64,000 nucleotides of DNA from Mobula hypostoma. Its lineage: Eukaryota. Positions 13,505 through 26,150 of this stretch are shown one piece after another (position 1 is the first letter of the stretch; each line of letters opens with the position of its first letter). The notes under the pieces were generated by a model, which worked only from the letters and a program-made list of their open reading frames with translations, was not told the origin of the DNA and made no database searches. Made by a program: the position numbers and the translations under genes. The stretch covers positions 37,140,001 to 37,204,000 of the forward strand of contig NC_086109.1 of assembly GCF_963921235.1 (NCBI RefSeq). The letters are read 5' to 3'.

Positions 13505-13805
13505 ACAGCGGTAAGAGGCTAAAGATTTCCAGCGAGAAGACATTTTATTTTACTTTATTTTATTTTTATTTTATTTTGTTGTAGGAGAGAGGCCAGACTG
13601 CGCAGGCGCGTGACGTCAGCCAGTTGAGCGCAAACAGTTTAAAAAGAGGAAAGAAGTCGCAGACTTTTTCTCTTCGGATCAAGAAGACAGCAGTAAGAGG
13701 CTAAGGATTTCCAGCGAGAAGACAGTTTATTTCTTGGAGTAGGAGAGAGGCCAGACTGCACAGGCGCGTGACGTCAGCCAGCTGAGCGCGAACAGTTTAA
13801 AAAGA
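13505..13805 (+). promoter_or_regulatory. Duplicated promoter-like module in the CR1 5' UTR (NRF1-like site, CRE, TATA-like)
   Basis: TGCGCAGGCGCG at 13599-13610; TGACGTCA at 13611-13618 and 13769-13776; TTTAAAAA about 20 bp after each CRE. Confidence 0.55.
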
Positions 13806-13989
13806 AAACCGCCATCTCCAGCGGGCAACGTCAGAGCGGGCTGCGGAGTGAGAGGGTGCAGAGTGAAGGGGCTTTGGCTCAACGGGCTTCGGCGGAGACG
13901 GGCAGAGACTTCCTGCGACAGTTTAGTCTCATAGTAATGGAGTAAATTACAGTTTTTTGGTATTTAGTACAAACAGTAGCATTAGAGGT

Positions 13990-14809
13990 ATGCATCTAGG
14001 ATTAGTGTTGTGCTTGGAGTGCCAGATGTGGGGACCCTGGGAGACTCCCAGTCTCCCCAAGGATTACATCTGCACCAGGTACACTGAGATAAGGCTCCTG
14101 AAGGACCGTGTTAAGGAGCTGGAGATGACCTTCGGCTCAGTAGGGAAAGTGAGGAGGTGATAGATACTACCTATAGGGAGGGAGTGGATAGCACCCCTGT
14201 GGCAGTTCCCCTCAGAAATCAATATATCGTTTTGGATACTGTTGAAGAGGCAGAGCTGACAGAGGAGGACCACAGTGAACGAGACTCTGGCATTCTGCCC
14301 AGTGCCGAAATCAAGAGAGCAAGTAGAAATGCAGTAGTTATAGGGGATTTCATTGTAAGGGGGACGGACAAGAGATTCTGTGAGCCGCACAAGGATACCC
14401 GGATGGTGTGTTGCCTCCCTGGTGCCAAGGTTCGGGATGTCTCAGATTGAGTCCAGAGTATTCTGAGGAGAGAGGGCAAGCAGCCGGAAGTCTTGGTACA
14501 TGTTGGTACCAATGACATAGACAGAAAAAGAGAGGAGGTCCTGAAGTAAATTGAAAAGCCGGACCTCCAGAGTAATAATATCAAGATTGCTGCCTGAGCT
14601 GCACGCTAATCAAGATAAGAATAGCAGAATTAAGCAGATGAATGTGTGGCTAAGTAACTGGTGCAGGGGGCAGGGCTTCAAATTCTTGAATCATTGGGAT
14701 CTATTTTGGGAAAGGTATGACTTAAAAAGATGGATTACACCTGAACTCAAAAGGTACTAATATCCTGGCGGGATTGTTTAATATAGCTGTTAGGGAGGGT
14801 TTAAACTAA
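13990..14809 (+). pseudogene. CR1-A ORF1 (Zn-finger, coiled coil, SGNH/GDSL esterase), disrupted
   Basis: CLECQMW..YICTRY, LLKDRVKELE, VVIGDFIVRG, CCLPGA, VHVGTND, DGLHLN. Confidence 0.85.
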
Positions 14810-14879
14810 GTTGGCAAGGGGAAGGAAACCAAGGTGTTAGGATCGAGGAAGAGGAAAATAGAAATAAGTCAAAAATACT

Positions 14880-17770
14880 GTGCAGCAAAGATGGCAAGAA
14901 GAACAGGCCGTGAATATACAGGATAATTTGCTGCAAAATAGAAATATAGCAAAATCGGCAACAGATATTGATCTAAATGTACTGTACTTAAATGCACACA
15001 GCATTAGAAATAAAGTGGATGACCTTGCTGCACAGCTACAGGTTAAAAGATATGACATTGTGGCCATCACCGAGTCATGGCTAAATGATAGATGTGGTTG
15101 GGAGCTGAGTGCCCAAGGATACCCAGTGTATAGGAAAGATAGGAGGGTAGGTAAAGGGGGTGGCGTGGCCCTGATGGTAAGTAACGATATCAAATCAATA
15201 GAAAGAAGGAGCATAGGATCAGAAGAGGTAGAATCTTTATGGGTAGAATTAAGAAATGGCAAGGGTAAAAAGATACTAATAGCAGTTATATACAGACCTC
15301 CAAACAGCAGCCGGGATGTGGACTACAAGTTGCAGCTGGAAATAGAAAAAGCGTGTCAGAAGGAAAATGTCAAGATAATTATGGGGGATTTTAATATGAA
15401 AGTGGATTGGGAAAGTCAGGAAGGTAATGGATCTCAAGAGAGGGAGTTTGTAGAATGCCTACAGGATGGCTTTTTGGAGCAGCTCATCCAGAAGCCCACC
15501 AGGGGACCGGCTGTTTTGGATTGGGTGCTGTGTAATGAACCTGAGGCGATTAGGGAGCTGGAGGTAAAGGAACCCCTTGGAAGTAGTGATCATAATATGA
15601 TTGAGTTCAGTTTCAAATTTGAAAAGGAGAAGCTGGTATCAGGTGTATCGATATTTCAGTGGAACAGGGGAAATTACAGTGGTATGAGAGAGGAGCTGGC
15701 CCAAGTCGATTGGAAAAGTAAGGTAAATGGAGGGACAGCAGAGCAGAATTGAATGAAATTCCTATGAGAAGTAAGGAAAATGCAGGAAAAATATATTCCA
15801 AGAAAAAAGAAAATCATGAATGGAAAAATGGCACAAATGTGGCTAACGAGAGAGGTTAAGGCAAAAATAAAAACAAAAGAAACGGCGTACAAGGAAGCAA
15901 AGATTAATGGGAAAAATGAGGACTGGAAGACTTTTAAAAACTTACAGAAAGAAACTAAGAAAGTCATTAGGAAAGAAAAGATGAATTATGAAAGGAAGTT
16001 GGCGATTAACATAAAAAAGGATACTAAGAGTTTTTTTAAATATATGAAGAGTAAAAGAGTGACAAGAGTAGATACGGGACCGATTGAAAATAATGCTGGA
16101 GAGACTATAATGGATAACAAAGAGATGGCAGAGGAACTGAATGAGTATTTTGCATCAGTCTTCACAGTGGAAGACATGAGCAATATACCTGATAGCCAGA
16201 GGTATCAGGGAATAGAATTAGGTATAGTCAAGATTACTAGAGAGAAAGTGCTTGGGAAGCTAAGTGGACTAAGAATAGATAAGTCTCCTGGTCCGGATGA
16301 GGTGCACCCAAGGGTTCTGAAGGAGGTGGCTTTGGAGATTGTGGAAGCATTGGAAATGATCTTCCAGGAATCAATAGACTCTGGCATGGTTCCGGGGGAC
16401 TGGAAGGTCGCAAATGTAGTTCTGCTATTTAAGAAGGGAAGGAGGCAGCAAAAAGAAAATTACAGACCTATTAGTCTGACATCGGTAGTTGGAAAGATAT
16501 TGGAGTCAATCCTCAAGGACGAGGTTATGAAATACCTCGAGGTGCATGACAAGATAGGCCGAAGCCAGCATGGTTTCATGAAGGGAAGATCCTGCCTCAC
16601 CAACCTACTGGAATTTTTTGAGGTAATCTCGAATAAGATTGACAAGGGAGAGGCTGTGGATGCTGTGTATTTGGATTTTCAAAAGGTCTTCCTAAGGTGC
16701 CGCATATGAGGCTGCTTAATAAGATGAGAGCCCATGGAATTATAGGAAAGATATTGAAATGGGTGGAGCACTGGCTGATAGGCAGAAAGCAAAAGGTGGG
16801 AATAAAGGGATCCTATTCTGATTGGTTGCTGGTTACTAGTGGTGTTCCGCAGGGGTCGGTGTTGGGGCCACTTCTTTTTACGATGTATATCGATGATTTG
16901 GATTATGGATTAAATGGTTTTATGGTTAAGTTTGCGGATGACACCAAGATAGGTGGAGGAGCAGGAAATGTTGAAGAAACAGAAAGGTTGCAGAGAGACT
17001 TAGTCAGTTTAGGAGAGTGGGCAAAGAAATGGCAGATGAGATACAACTTTGACAAATGTACGGTTGTACATTTTGGAAGAAGAAATAATCGGGCAGATTA
17101 TTATTTAGATGGGGAGATAATTCAAAAATCGGAAGTGCAAAGGGACTTGGGGGTCCTCGTGCAGGATACCCTAAAGGTTTACCACCAAGTTGGATCAGCG
17201 GTAAGGAAAGCGAATGCTATGTTGGCATTCATTTCAAGGGGAATAGTGTATAAGAGTAAGGAGGTGTTGATGAGGCTCTATGGGGCATTAGTGAGACCTC
17301 ATTTGGAATACTGTGTGCAGTTTTGGGCCCCCTATCTTAGAAAGGATGTTCTGATGTTAGAAAGAGTTCAGAGAAGATTTACGAGGATGATTCCTGGAAT
17401 ACAGGGGCTAACATATGAGGAGCGTTTGTCAGCTCTTGGACTGTATTCATTAGAGTATAGAAGAATGACAGGGGATCTCATAGAAACATTTCAAATGTTG
17501 AAAGGGTTGGGCAGAGTAGATGTGGAAAGGTTGTTTCCCTTGGTGGGTGAGTCCATGACAAGAGGTCATAGTCTTAGAATTAGAGGGTACCCAGTTAAAA
17601 CAAAGATGAGGAGAAATTGTTTTAGCCAGAGGGTCGTGGATTTGTGGAATTTGTTGCCACATACAGCTGTGAAGGCCCAGTCATTGAGGGTGTTTAGGGA
17701 GGAGATTGACAGGTATCTAATTAGTCAGGGTATCAAGGCATATGGGGAAAAAGTCGGAAATTGGAACTAG
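14880..17770 (+). pseudogene. CR1-A ORF2 (APE endonuclease plus RT), disrupted
   Basis: YLNAHSIRNK, AITESWL, IYRPP, MGDFN, SDHN; SGVPQGSVLGP, KFADD; stops near 15750-15770 and a frameshift near 16690. Confidence 0.92.
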
Positions 17771-18116
17771 ATGGGTGAGCTGCGGAGCAGACTCAATGGG
17801 CCGAATAGCCTACTTCTGCTCCTTTGCCTTGTGATCTTATGATCTTGTGAGTGAGTGAGGGGATTGGCTGAGAAGGAGCGGTTGATTTAAAAACCGGTTG
17901 GGACCATCCAGCAACACAAACGTTCGAGTTCGGACGAGGTGCAACAAGTGAAACGAATTAGTCAAAATATGAGCCAATATAATCAAAGTTTGCTCTAGGG
18001 GTGCGGCCTGTCGGGGAGCGGCCTTGTCGTGGGAAGTGCCTTGTGAGAAAAGTGCGAGTCTTTGTCTGAGGGAGGAGACTATGCCACAGTTGGAGAGGCT
18101 GAGAAGTGGTGAAGAA

Positions 18117-19015
18117 ATGACAGGTCAACAGATTCAGTGTGCTGCTTGCATGATGTGGGAGGTCAGGGACATTGATGGTGCCTCTGGCTGCTATAATTGT
18201 GGAAAGTGTGTCCAGGTTCAGCTCCTAAAGGACCGCGTTGAGGCACTGGAGAAGCAATTGGATGACTTCAGGTTCATCCGGGAAACCGAGAGTTTTCTAT
18301 GACAGGACTTACAGCGACATCGTTACACTGAAGATACCGGAAGAGAGAAGGGGAACGACGATGAGGAAGGGATGGATGCTTGGAGTGCAGGAGACCCCGG
18401 GGGATGTACCTCTTGAAAACAGGTTCACCCTCTTGGAAGCTGTCAGGACTGAAGACATTGCCTGTCTGAGAGGCGGACAGGTCTGCAAGTCAAAAATTGG
18501 CGCTGAAACAAAGCCAAGGAAACAGAAGTCAGGCAGAGTCGTGGTAGTAGGGGATTCCATAGTTCTGCAGCAACAGGCAGGATTTAAGGATAGTGTGTTG
18601 CCTCCCTGGTGCCAGGATCCAGGATGTCACAGACCGATTGCAGGGCGTCCTCAAGGGAGAAGGTGATCAGCCGGAGGTGGTGGTGCAGGTCGGCACAAAT
18701 GATGTCAGGAGGATGAGGAAAGAAATTCTGCAGCGTGATTTCAGAGAACTCGGAAGAAGGCTGAAAAGCAGGACCTCCAGGGTAGTTATCTCTGGTTTGC
18801 TTCCAGTTCCTTTGCTGGAGAGGACAGGAACAGGGAGATAGGGGATCTGAATGTGTGGCTGAGGAGCTGGTGCGGGAGGCAGGGATTTAGACCACTGGGA
18901 TCTGTTTTGGGGTAAGGATGAACTATACAGAAGGGATGGGTTGCACTTTAACAGACGGGGGACCAGCGTTCTGGCAGGCAACTTTGCCACTGCTACACGG
19001 GTGTGTTTAAACTAA
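18117..19015 (+). pseudogene. CR1-B ORF1 (Zn-finger plus esterase), frameshifted
   Basis: CAACMMW..NCGKC, VVVGDSIV, CCLPGARI, VGTND, DGLHFN. Confidence 0.85.
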
Positions 19016-21991
19016 GTAATGGGGGGGAGGCGACGAACTGGAAATATAAGGATGGAGTTAAAGGGAAAGAGAGAATAAGAAAAGTTAAGGAAGGCAACAG
19101 AATTAATGGGGCAGAAAGCTCAGGAAGGGATCGGAGAGTATGGCCAAGTGCAATAGGAATCGATGTGAAAGGTGAGGGGAGTAAAAGTATTACTTTAAAA
19201 GAATTAAAAGTATTATATCTGAATGCACGGAGTATAAGAAATAAAGTGGATGAGCTTGAGGCTCAGTTGGAAATTGGCAAGTATGATATTCTGGGAATAA
19301 CAGAGACATGGCTGCAAGAGGATCAGGGTTGGGAAATGAATATTCAGGAATACACATCCTATCGAAAGGCCAGACAGATTGGCAGAGGGGATGGGGTGGC
19401 TCTGTTAGTGAGGAATGAAATTCAGTCACTTGCGAGGAGGAACATAGAATCAGGAGATGTAGAGTCAGTATGGATAGAACTGAGAAACTGTAAGGGAAAA
19501 AAGACCCTGATGGGAGTTATCTACAGGCCCCCAAACAGTAGCCTGGGTATAGGGTGCAAGTTAAATCAAGAGTTAAGATTGGCATGTCGCAAAGGTAATT
19601 CTACGGTTGTCATGGGGGATTTCAACATGCGGGTAGACTAGGAAAATCAGGTTGGTACTGGACCCCAAGAAAGGAAGTTTGTGGAATGCCTCAGAGATGG
19701 ATTCTTAGAGAAGCTTGTATTAGAGCCTACCAGGGAGAAGGCAATTCTGGATTTAGTGTTGTGTAATGAGCCAGATTTAATAAGGGAACTCGAGGTAAAG
19801 GAGCCATTAGGAGGTAGTGACCATAATATGATAAGTTTTAATCTACAATTTGAGAGGGAGAAGGGAAAATCGGACGTGTCTGTATTACAGTTGAACAAGG
19901 GGGACTATGGACCCATGAGGGAGGAGCTGGCCAAAGTTGACTGGAAAGGTACCCTAGCAGGGATGACAGTGGAACAACAATGGCAGGTATTTCTGGGAAT
20001 AATACAGAATGTGCAGGATCAGTTCATTCCAAAGAGGAAGAAAGATTCTAAGGGGAGTAAGGAGCGACCATGGATGACAAGGGAAGTCAAGGACAGTATA
20101 AAAATAAAAGAGAGGAAGTATAATATAGCAAGGATTAGCGGGAAGCCGGAGGATTGGGAGACTTTTAAGGAGCAACAGAAGATAACTAAAAAGGTAATAC
20201 AGGGGGAAAAGATGAGGTACGAAGCTAACCTAGCCAAGAATATAAAGGAGGATAGTAAAAGCTTCTTTAGGTATGTGAAGAGGAAAAAAGTAGGTAAGAC
20301 CAAAGTTGGGCCCTTGAAGACAGAAACAGGTGAAATTATTATGGGGAATAAGGAAATGGCAGTCAAGCTGAACAGGTACTTTGGATCTGTCTTCACTAGG
20401 GAAGACACAAACAATCTCCCAGATGTAATCCCAGAGGTCCCAGAGGACCTAGGGTAATGGAGGAACTGAAGGAAATTCACAATAGTCAGAAAATGGTGTT
20501 GGGTAAACTGATGGGACTGAAGGCTGATAAATCCCCAGGGCCTAATGGTCTGCATCCCAGGGTACTTACAGAGGTGGCTCTAGAAATCGTGGATGCATTG
20601 GTAATCATTTTCCAATGTTCTATGGATTCAGGATCAGTTCCTGCGGATTGGAGGGTAGCTAATGTTATCCCACTTTTTAAGAAAGAAGGGAGAGAGAAGA
20701 CAGGCAATTATAGACCAGTTAGTCTGACATCAGTGGTGGCGAAGATGCTGGAGTCAATTATAAAAGATGAAATAGTGGCATATTTGGATAGCAGTAGCAG
20801 GATAGGTCCGAGTCAGCATGGATTTACGAAGGGGAAATCATGCTTGACTAATCTTCTGGAATTTTTTGAGAATGTGACTATGAAAATGGACATGGGAAAG
20901 CCAGTGAATGTAGTGTACCTGGACTTTCGGAAAGCCTTTGATAAGGTCCCACATAGGAGGTGCGTGGGCAAAATTATAGCACATGGTATTGGGGGTAGGG
21001 TACCGACATGGATAGAAAATTGGTTGGCAGACAGGAAACAAAGAGTAGGGATTAACGGCTCCTTTTCAGAATGGCAGGCAGTAACTAGTGGGGTACCGCA
21101 AGGCTCAGTGCTGGGATCGCAGCTGTTTACAATATACACTAATGATTTAGATGAAGGGATTAAAAGTAACGTTAGCAAATTTGCAGATGACACAAAGCTG
21201 GGTGACAGTGTGAAATGTGAGGAGGATGTTATGAGAATACAGGGTGACTTGGACTGGTTGGGTGAGTGGGCAGATGCATGGCAGATGCAGTTTAATGTGG
21301 ATAAATGTGAGGTTATCCACTTTGGTGGCAAGAACAGGAAGGCAGATTACTATCTAAATGGTGTCAAGTTAGGAAAAGGGGAAGTACAACAAGATCTGGG
21401 TGTCCTTGTTCATCAGTCTCTGAAAGTAAGCATACATTTAGAGCAGGCAGTGAAAAAAGCTAATGGCATATTGGCCTTCATAACAAGGGAAGTTGTGTAT
21501 AGGAGAAAAGAGGTCCTTCTGAAGGTGTGAGACCACACCTGGAGTATGGTCTCCAAATTTGAGGAAGGACATTCTTTCTATGGAGGGAGTGCAGCGTAGG
21601 TTCACTGAGTTAATTCCGGGGATGGCGGAAATGTCATATGTTGAAAGATTGGAGCAACTGGGCTTGCATACACTGGAATTTAGAAGGATGAGAGGGGAAA
21701 TGATTGAAACATATAAGATTATTAAGGGATTGGACACGCTAGAAGCAGGAAACATGTTCCCGATGTTGGAGGAGTCCAGAATTTAGTTGATGTTTAAGAA
21801 TAAGGGGTAGGCTATTTAGAATGGATTTGAGGAAAAACTTTTTCACGGAGAAGGTTGTGGTTCTGTGGAATGCTCTCCCTAAGAAGGCAGTGGAGGCCAA
21901 TTCTCTGGATGCTTTCAAGAAAGAGTTAGATAGTGCTCTTAAAGATAGCGGAGTCAAGGGATATGGGGAGAAGGCAGGAACAGGGTACTGA
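19003..21991 (+). pseudogene. CR1-B ORF2 (APE plus RT), disrupted
   Basis: YLNARSIRNK, GITETWL, GDFN, SDHN, YLDFRKAFDKV, PQGSVLG, KFADD; several stops and deletions. Confidence 0.92.
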
Positions 21992-22153
21992 TGTGGATGA
22001 TCAGCAATGATCACAGTGAATGGCGGTGCTGGCTCGAAGGGCCGAATGGCCTACTCCTGCACCTATTGTCTATTGCCTATTGAAAGTGGTGGATAATAAC
22101 TGTGTCATTAGTGCTAGGCATCTACTGTTTAGAAGAAAGCTATGAATAGTCAC

Positions 22154-22309
22154 CATCAAAATTATCTCCACTAAATCTTCCAAATTCACTGGAGAGATCG
22201 GGGAACCAATGTTGGCCTCCTCTTCGATGGCTCTTATTATACAGGGTTTGGCTCCTTTGAACAAGCCATGCTGTTCAATAAGTTTCCAAAGTAAGCACTC
22301 TATTACAAC
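22154..22309 (-). CDS. Candidate 156-nt internal exon (VVIECLLWKLIEQHG...VEIILM)
   Basis: Strong acceptor ...tattttgtttccgtcacag, only the phase-0 frame is open, weak donor gtgact. Confidence 0.25.
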
Positions 22310-24285
22310 CTGTGACGGAAACAAAATAGCATACAGACAGAGGAAAGCATTCAATGATATGATCAAAATCTGCAAGTGGAAATGATTTTTCTTTTATTTA
22401 TTCCTCAGAACCTCTGGACTTCTCAGTGGAGAAGAAACATTCAAGCAATTAATGAGCCTCAAGGTTGAACATCAGTAGTATCTATATGCTTATACAGTCA
22501 GTGGAAGGAACACCCACTTCACAAATATAACTGTTTTTAGGAATCTATTTCTTCCTGTTTGTATCAGAACAGGCTAATCTCTGTAGGTCACCCATCTATA
22601 ATGTTGGCAGATTTTCTCTTTCCTTTAGCATGGCCTGAATTGCTAGATATTCCACACTGTTCTCCTATTACAACTTTCACATTCCTTTGTTCTCTCTTGC
22701 TCTCTCTCCCTCGGACTTCCTCATTTCACAACTTGTATGATCCTCAGTGTGTGTTCTCTCCATTTAACTGCTATCACTTCAGTTTATCCCCATTGGAACT
22801 CTGGCATCCACCGATCCCTGTCATCCCCTTTGTTTTATCCATCCCTTTTGTACCTTTCCCAACGTGAACCAACTTGGCTACTTGCTTCTCTGCTCTGACG
22901 AAGGCACTTCAACCCGAATCAGACATGTTATTGTTTTCTTTCTACAGCATTTTCGATGCCAATCAATTTACGATCAATAATTTGGTTAAAAAAAAACTCT
23001 TGCATTTGTATAGAACTTTTAATATCCTCGAAATATCTTGAAGTTCTCTGCCGCCAACAAATTATTTTTGATGTATGGTCACCACTGCCATCACTGGATG
23101 TATGTGCAAAAATTACTGATGCCTGTTAGGATCTCGAAGAAATAGGTTCATGTTCTTTACCATTTTCTGGGTAAATCTGTTTCTCCCCCAGCTGAATTAT
23201 GACAAAAGAAAAAACACTTTACAGACTTAACACAAAGAGCTAGCCACTTTTTTTTTTGTAAAACTCAGGGAATTAATGGGTTCAGCATCTAATAATAACT
23301 TAATATCTACTCCAGTTTAAAATGACTCACACTGATTAAGGCTATTATTTATTGATATTATTTACATATGTTACATGTAATCAACAATGGAAACTCCAGC
23401 TAAAGAAAGGAAATAGATTATCCACGAAACTAAAACATCAACTGTATTCCAGAAGCTTAGAATCAATGCAGTAGCTTTATTGCTCTTCATTGAATTGCTT
23501 TGGTAAAAGTTGACATTTGATTCACAATAGGAAGAACTACTAGAAACAGATAAAAAATATTATTTTCATGATGTTCTGTTCATTTGGTACAGTATGCTTT
23601 GTGCTGAGCATAATATTAGGCTTGCTCCCAAGTCTAATCTATTTTCCTGCACATGATTAGTGTTAATTATTTTTCTGCTTGGACCTATATTGAACGTAAA
23701 TCAGATGACAATTCAACACGTGATCCTAATAGCCAAATGGACATGAATAATACATCAATAGTGCATTCTGTGCATAGTCTAATGTATTATTAATTAGATT
23801 TCAAACATGCACAGCTCAGCACAACTAAAGGAAGATTCAAACTTAATCACTGTGTTGGCTTTTTAGCTTTAATCCACAAATTTAAAATTGAGAGCTGCAT
23901 CTATTGAATATCTCAGCATTGTTTAAACGGTTTCACTAACTTCCCCAAAACTGAGCACTGAAACTGGATGTCATTTGTAAATACGAAGGGAATTAGGTAC
24001 AAAATTCAATACGTGGGATAGAGCACATTTGGATGATGATGTGTTCTGAGATAGTAATCTTGACTGGAATATATTGCATCTTGCCTGATTGAATTGAATT
24101 CAAGTAGGTCACAATTTCCAATGGAATGAGGCATGCGGTAAGGGCATTCTATGCTCTTTAAATCACCACTTCCAACCTTAGAACATTCCTGGCCTTTCCA
24201 CAATTTAGTCAATTTCCTATACTAATAGTTGGTGTTATTTACCTTTAAAAAAACTTCTCTGCTGCAACGCTAAGATGCAACTCAC

Positions 24286-24348
24286 TCTCTCCACTTTGCG
24301 AATGTCAGGGGTGGTGGGAAGTGGGGGTAACGAGTTTGATTTGGTACG
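24286..24348 (-). CDS. Candidate 63-nt exon (RTKSNSLPPLPTTPDIRKVER in phase 0)
   Basis: Acceptor gctttccccatgatctgtccccag and consensus donor gtgagt; length divisible by 3. Confidence 0.2.
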
Positions 24349-24829
24349 CTGGGGACAGATCATGGGGAAAGCACTCAAACTATGCCTTTCCAAAATGGGT
24401 TGCTTCACTGTGCAACAGCTGCCAAGCCAATAAAACATGAAGAATCAAAAATGCTTTCAAGCAGCACAAAATTCTGGAGAGGAAATGTGCAAGTATTTTG
24501 CAATTCAACAAAATTTTAACAGCTTTATTTATAACATAAACTCATACTTTCTCTGAATTGCCCCCTTGGATTCCACTATTTCCTGGATAAATCTGCTCAT
24601 CTCCTGACAAGATATATGACAGAAAGCCAGAAGAGGAAGCAATGAACTAATAATTTCTAAAAACTAAAAACGATTATGTACTTTCATGGATATACATGGG
24701 CAGTTGATAAAATAGTTTAATCTCTGCTTACATTTAAAACGGTTTGGGCATGCTATCAAACTGCTACAAACACTCAGCAAGTCAGGCAGTATCTTTACAA
24801 AGAGGAACAAAGTTATCATTTCACAGAAG

Positions 24830-25135
24830 TTTTAGTGCCATACAGCATGGAAAAAGGCCCTTCCGTGCACACTGACCATCACCCATTCCACCAATTGCAT
24901 TTTTATTCCCACGTTCCTAGATACTACCATTCATCTACACACAAGGAGCAATTTGCGCTGGTCAATTACTCTACCATCCTGCACTACATTGAGATGAGGT
25001 AGGAAAACAGAACACCCCAAGGAAACCCATGTATTCACAGGGAGAACATGCAAACTACTTGCAGATAGTGCTGGAGATCAGGACTGGAACTGGGTCACAG
25101 GATGTGTGAAGCAAAATCACTAGTAACTGCACCCT
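24830..25135 (-). mobile_element. Old tRNA-derived SINE (HE1-like)
   Basis: GGAAACCCATG...CACAGGGAGAACATGCAAACT core shared with the other SINEs. Confidence 0.6.
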
Positions 25136-25173
25136 TTCAGTTATGGCCACTTATAAGGGTGATGAAGATTTTT

Positions 25174-25405
25174 TTTATATATATAATTTTTATTAAATTT
25201 TCAAAAAGAATACATGAAAAGATAAAATCTACCCCCCCTCCCCTTAACCCTCCCCCCCCATATGTAGTCCTACCTAAAAGAAAGAAAGAAAAAAAAAGAG
25301 AGCCGCCTGGATATTGGAAGGTTTCCACATGCTCCATGGGATTCAAAATAAATTTGGTATAATTATTCGTTACTTTCCCCAAGTAACCAAATTCTTTGTC
25401 GGAGC
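25174..25405 (-). mobile_element. Short poly(A)-tailed retro-insertion, probably a 5'-truncated L1 3' end
   Basis: 13-bp TSD GATGAAGATTTTT at 25161-25173 and 25406-25418; T-rich tail at the left end. Confidence 0.7.
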
Positions 25406-25849
25406 GATGAAGATTTTTCAACCTATGTTAACTGATCTGTTAAGTATTTGCCTTATTTTCTGGATGAATTAAAGTTTTTGATTATTTTAAGAAACATGTT
25501 CCCTATTAAAAGAAACCTTGTTTTAAACAAAAACATGAACAAATAGATTAAAAATACATAAAACACCATATCTTCATCCATGTCATACTGTACGTACTGA
25601 ATGTAAAGACAAAGTAATTTCAAGACATGGTAACATAAGTACAAATGAAAATAAAATAGACAAAACCAAACCAGTTGCTTAAAAACAAAATTGAAAGAAG
25701 CAAGCTTTGTGTTCTTACATTTAGCTTTTCTATTGAAAAGAGACTGTTGAAGGGTCTCAGCCCAAATGTCAACTCTATTGATGCTACCTGACCTGCTGAG
25801 TTCCTTCAGCATTTTGTGTGTGTTGCACAAGATTTCCATGTATATGTTA

Positions 25850-26150
25850 AATTAAAGAAGTGAGGTGGTGTTCATGGGTTTAACGTCCACTCAGAAATCT
25901 GATGGCAGAGGAAGAGAAGCTATACCTGAGTGGGTGAGTGTGTGCCTTCTGGCTCCAGTAACTCTCCCTGATTGTAGCAATGAGAAGAGCGCATGTCATG
26001 GGTGATGGGGGTCCTTGATGATGGATGCCACATTTCTGAGTCGTGGCTCCTTGAAGATACCCTGGATGTTGGCGAGTCTACTGCCCACAATGGAGCTGAC
26101 TGAGATTACAACTTTCTGCAGCTTATTTCAATCCTGTACAGTAAAACCTC
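25850..26150 (-). mobile_element. Rex1/Babar-like LINE 3' fragment
   Basis: Reverse-complement homology to 6905-7200 (ATCATCAAGGACCCC...). Confidence 0.6.

Larger units (their letters stand above)
13435..17850 (+). mobile_element. Near-full-length CR1 LINE, copy A
   Basis: 5' UTR, ORF1, ORF2 (APE endonuclease plus RT), and (CTTGTGAT)n-type tail. Confidence 0.92.
17851..22082 (+). mobile_element. Near-full-length CR1 LINE, copy B, abutting copy A
   Basis: Has its own 5' region, ORF1, ORF2 and (CTATTG)n-type tail; same subfamily as 3475-5536. Confidence 0.92.
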
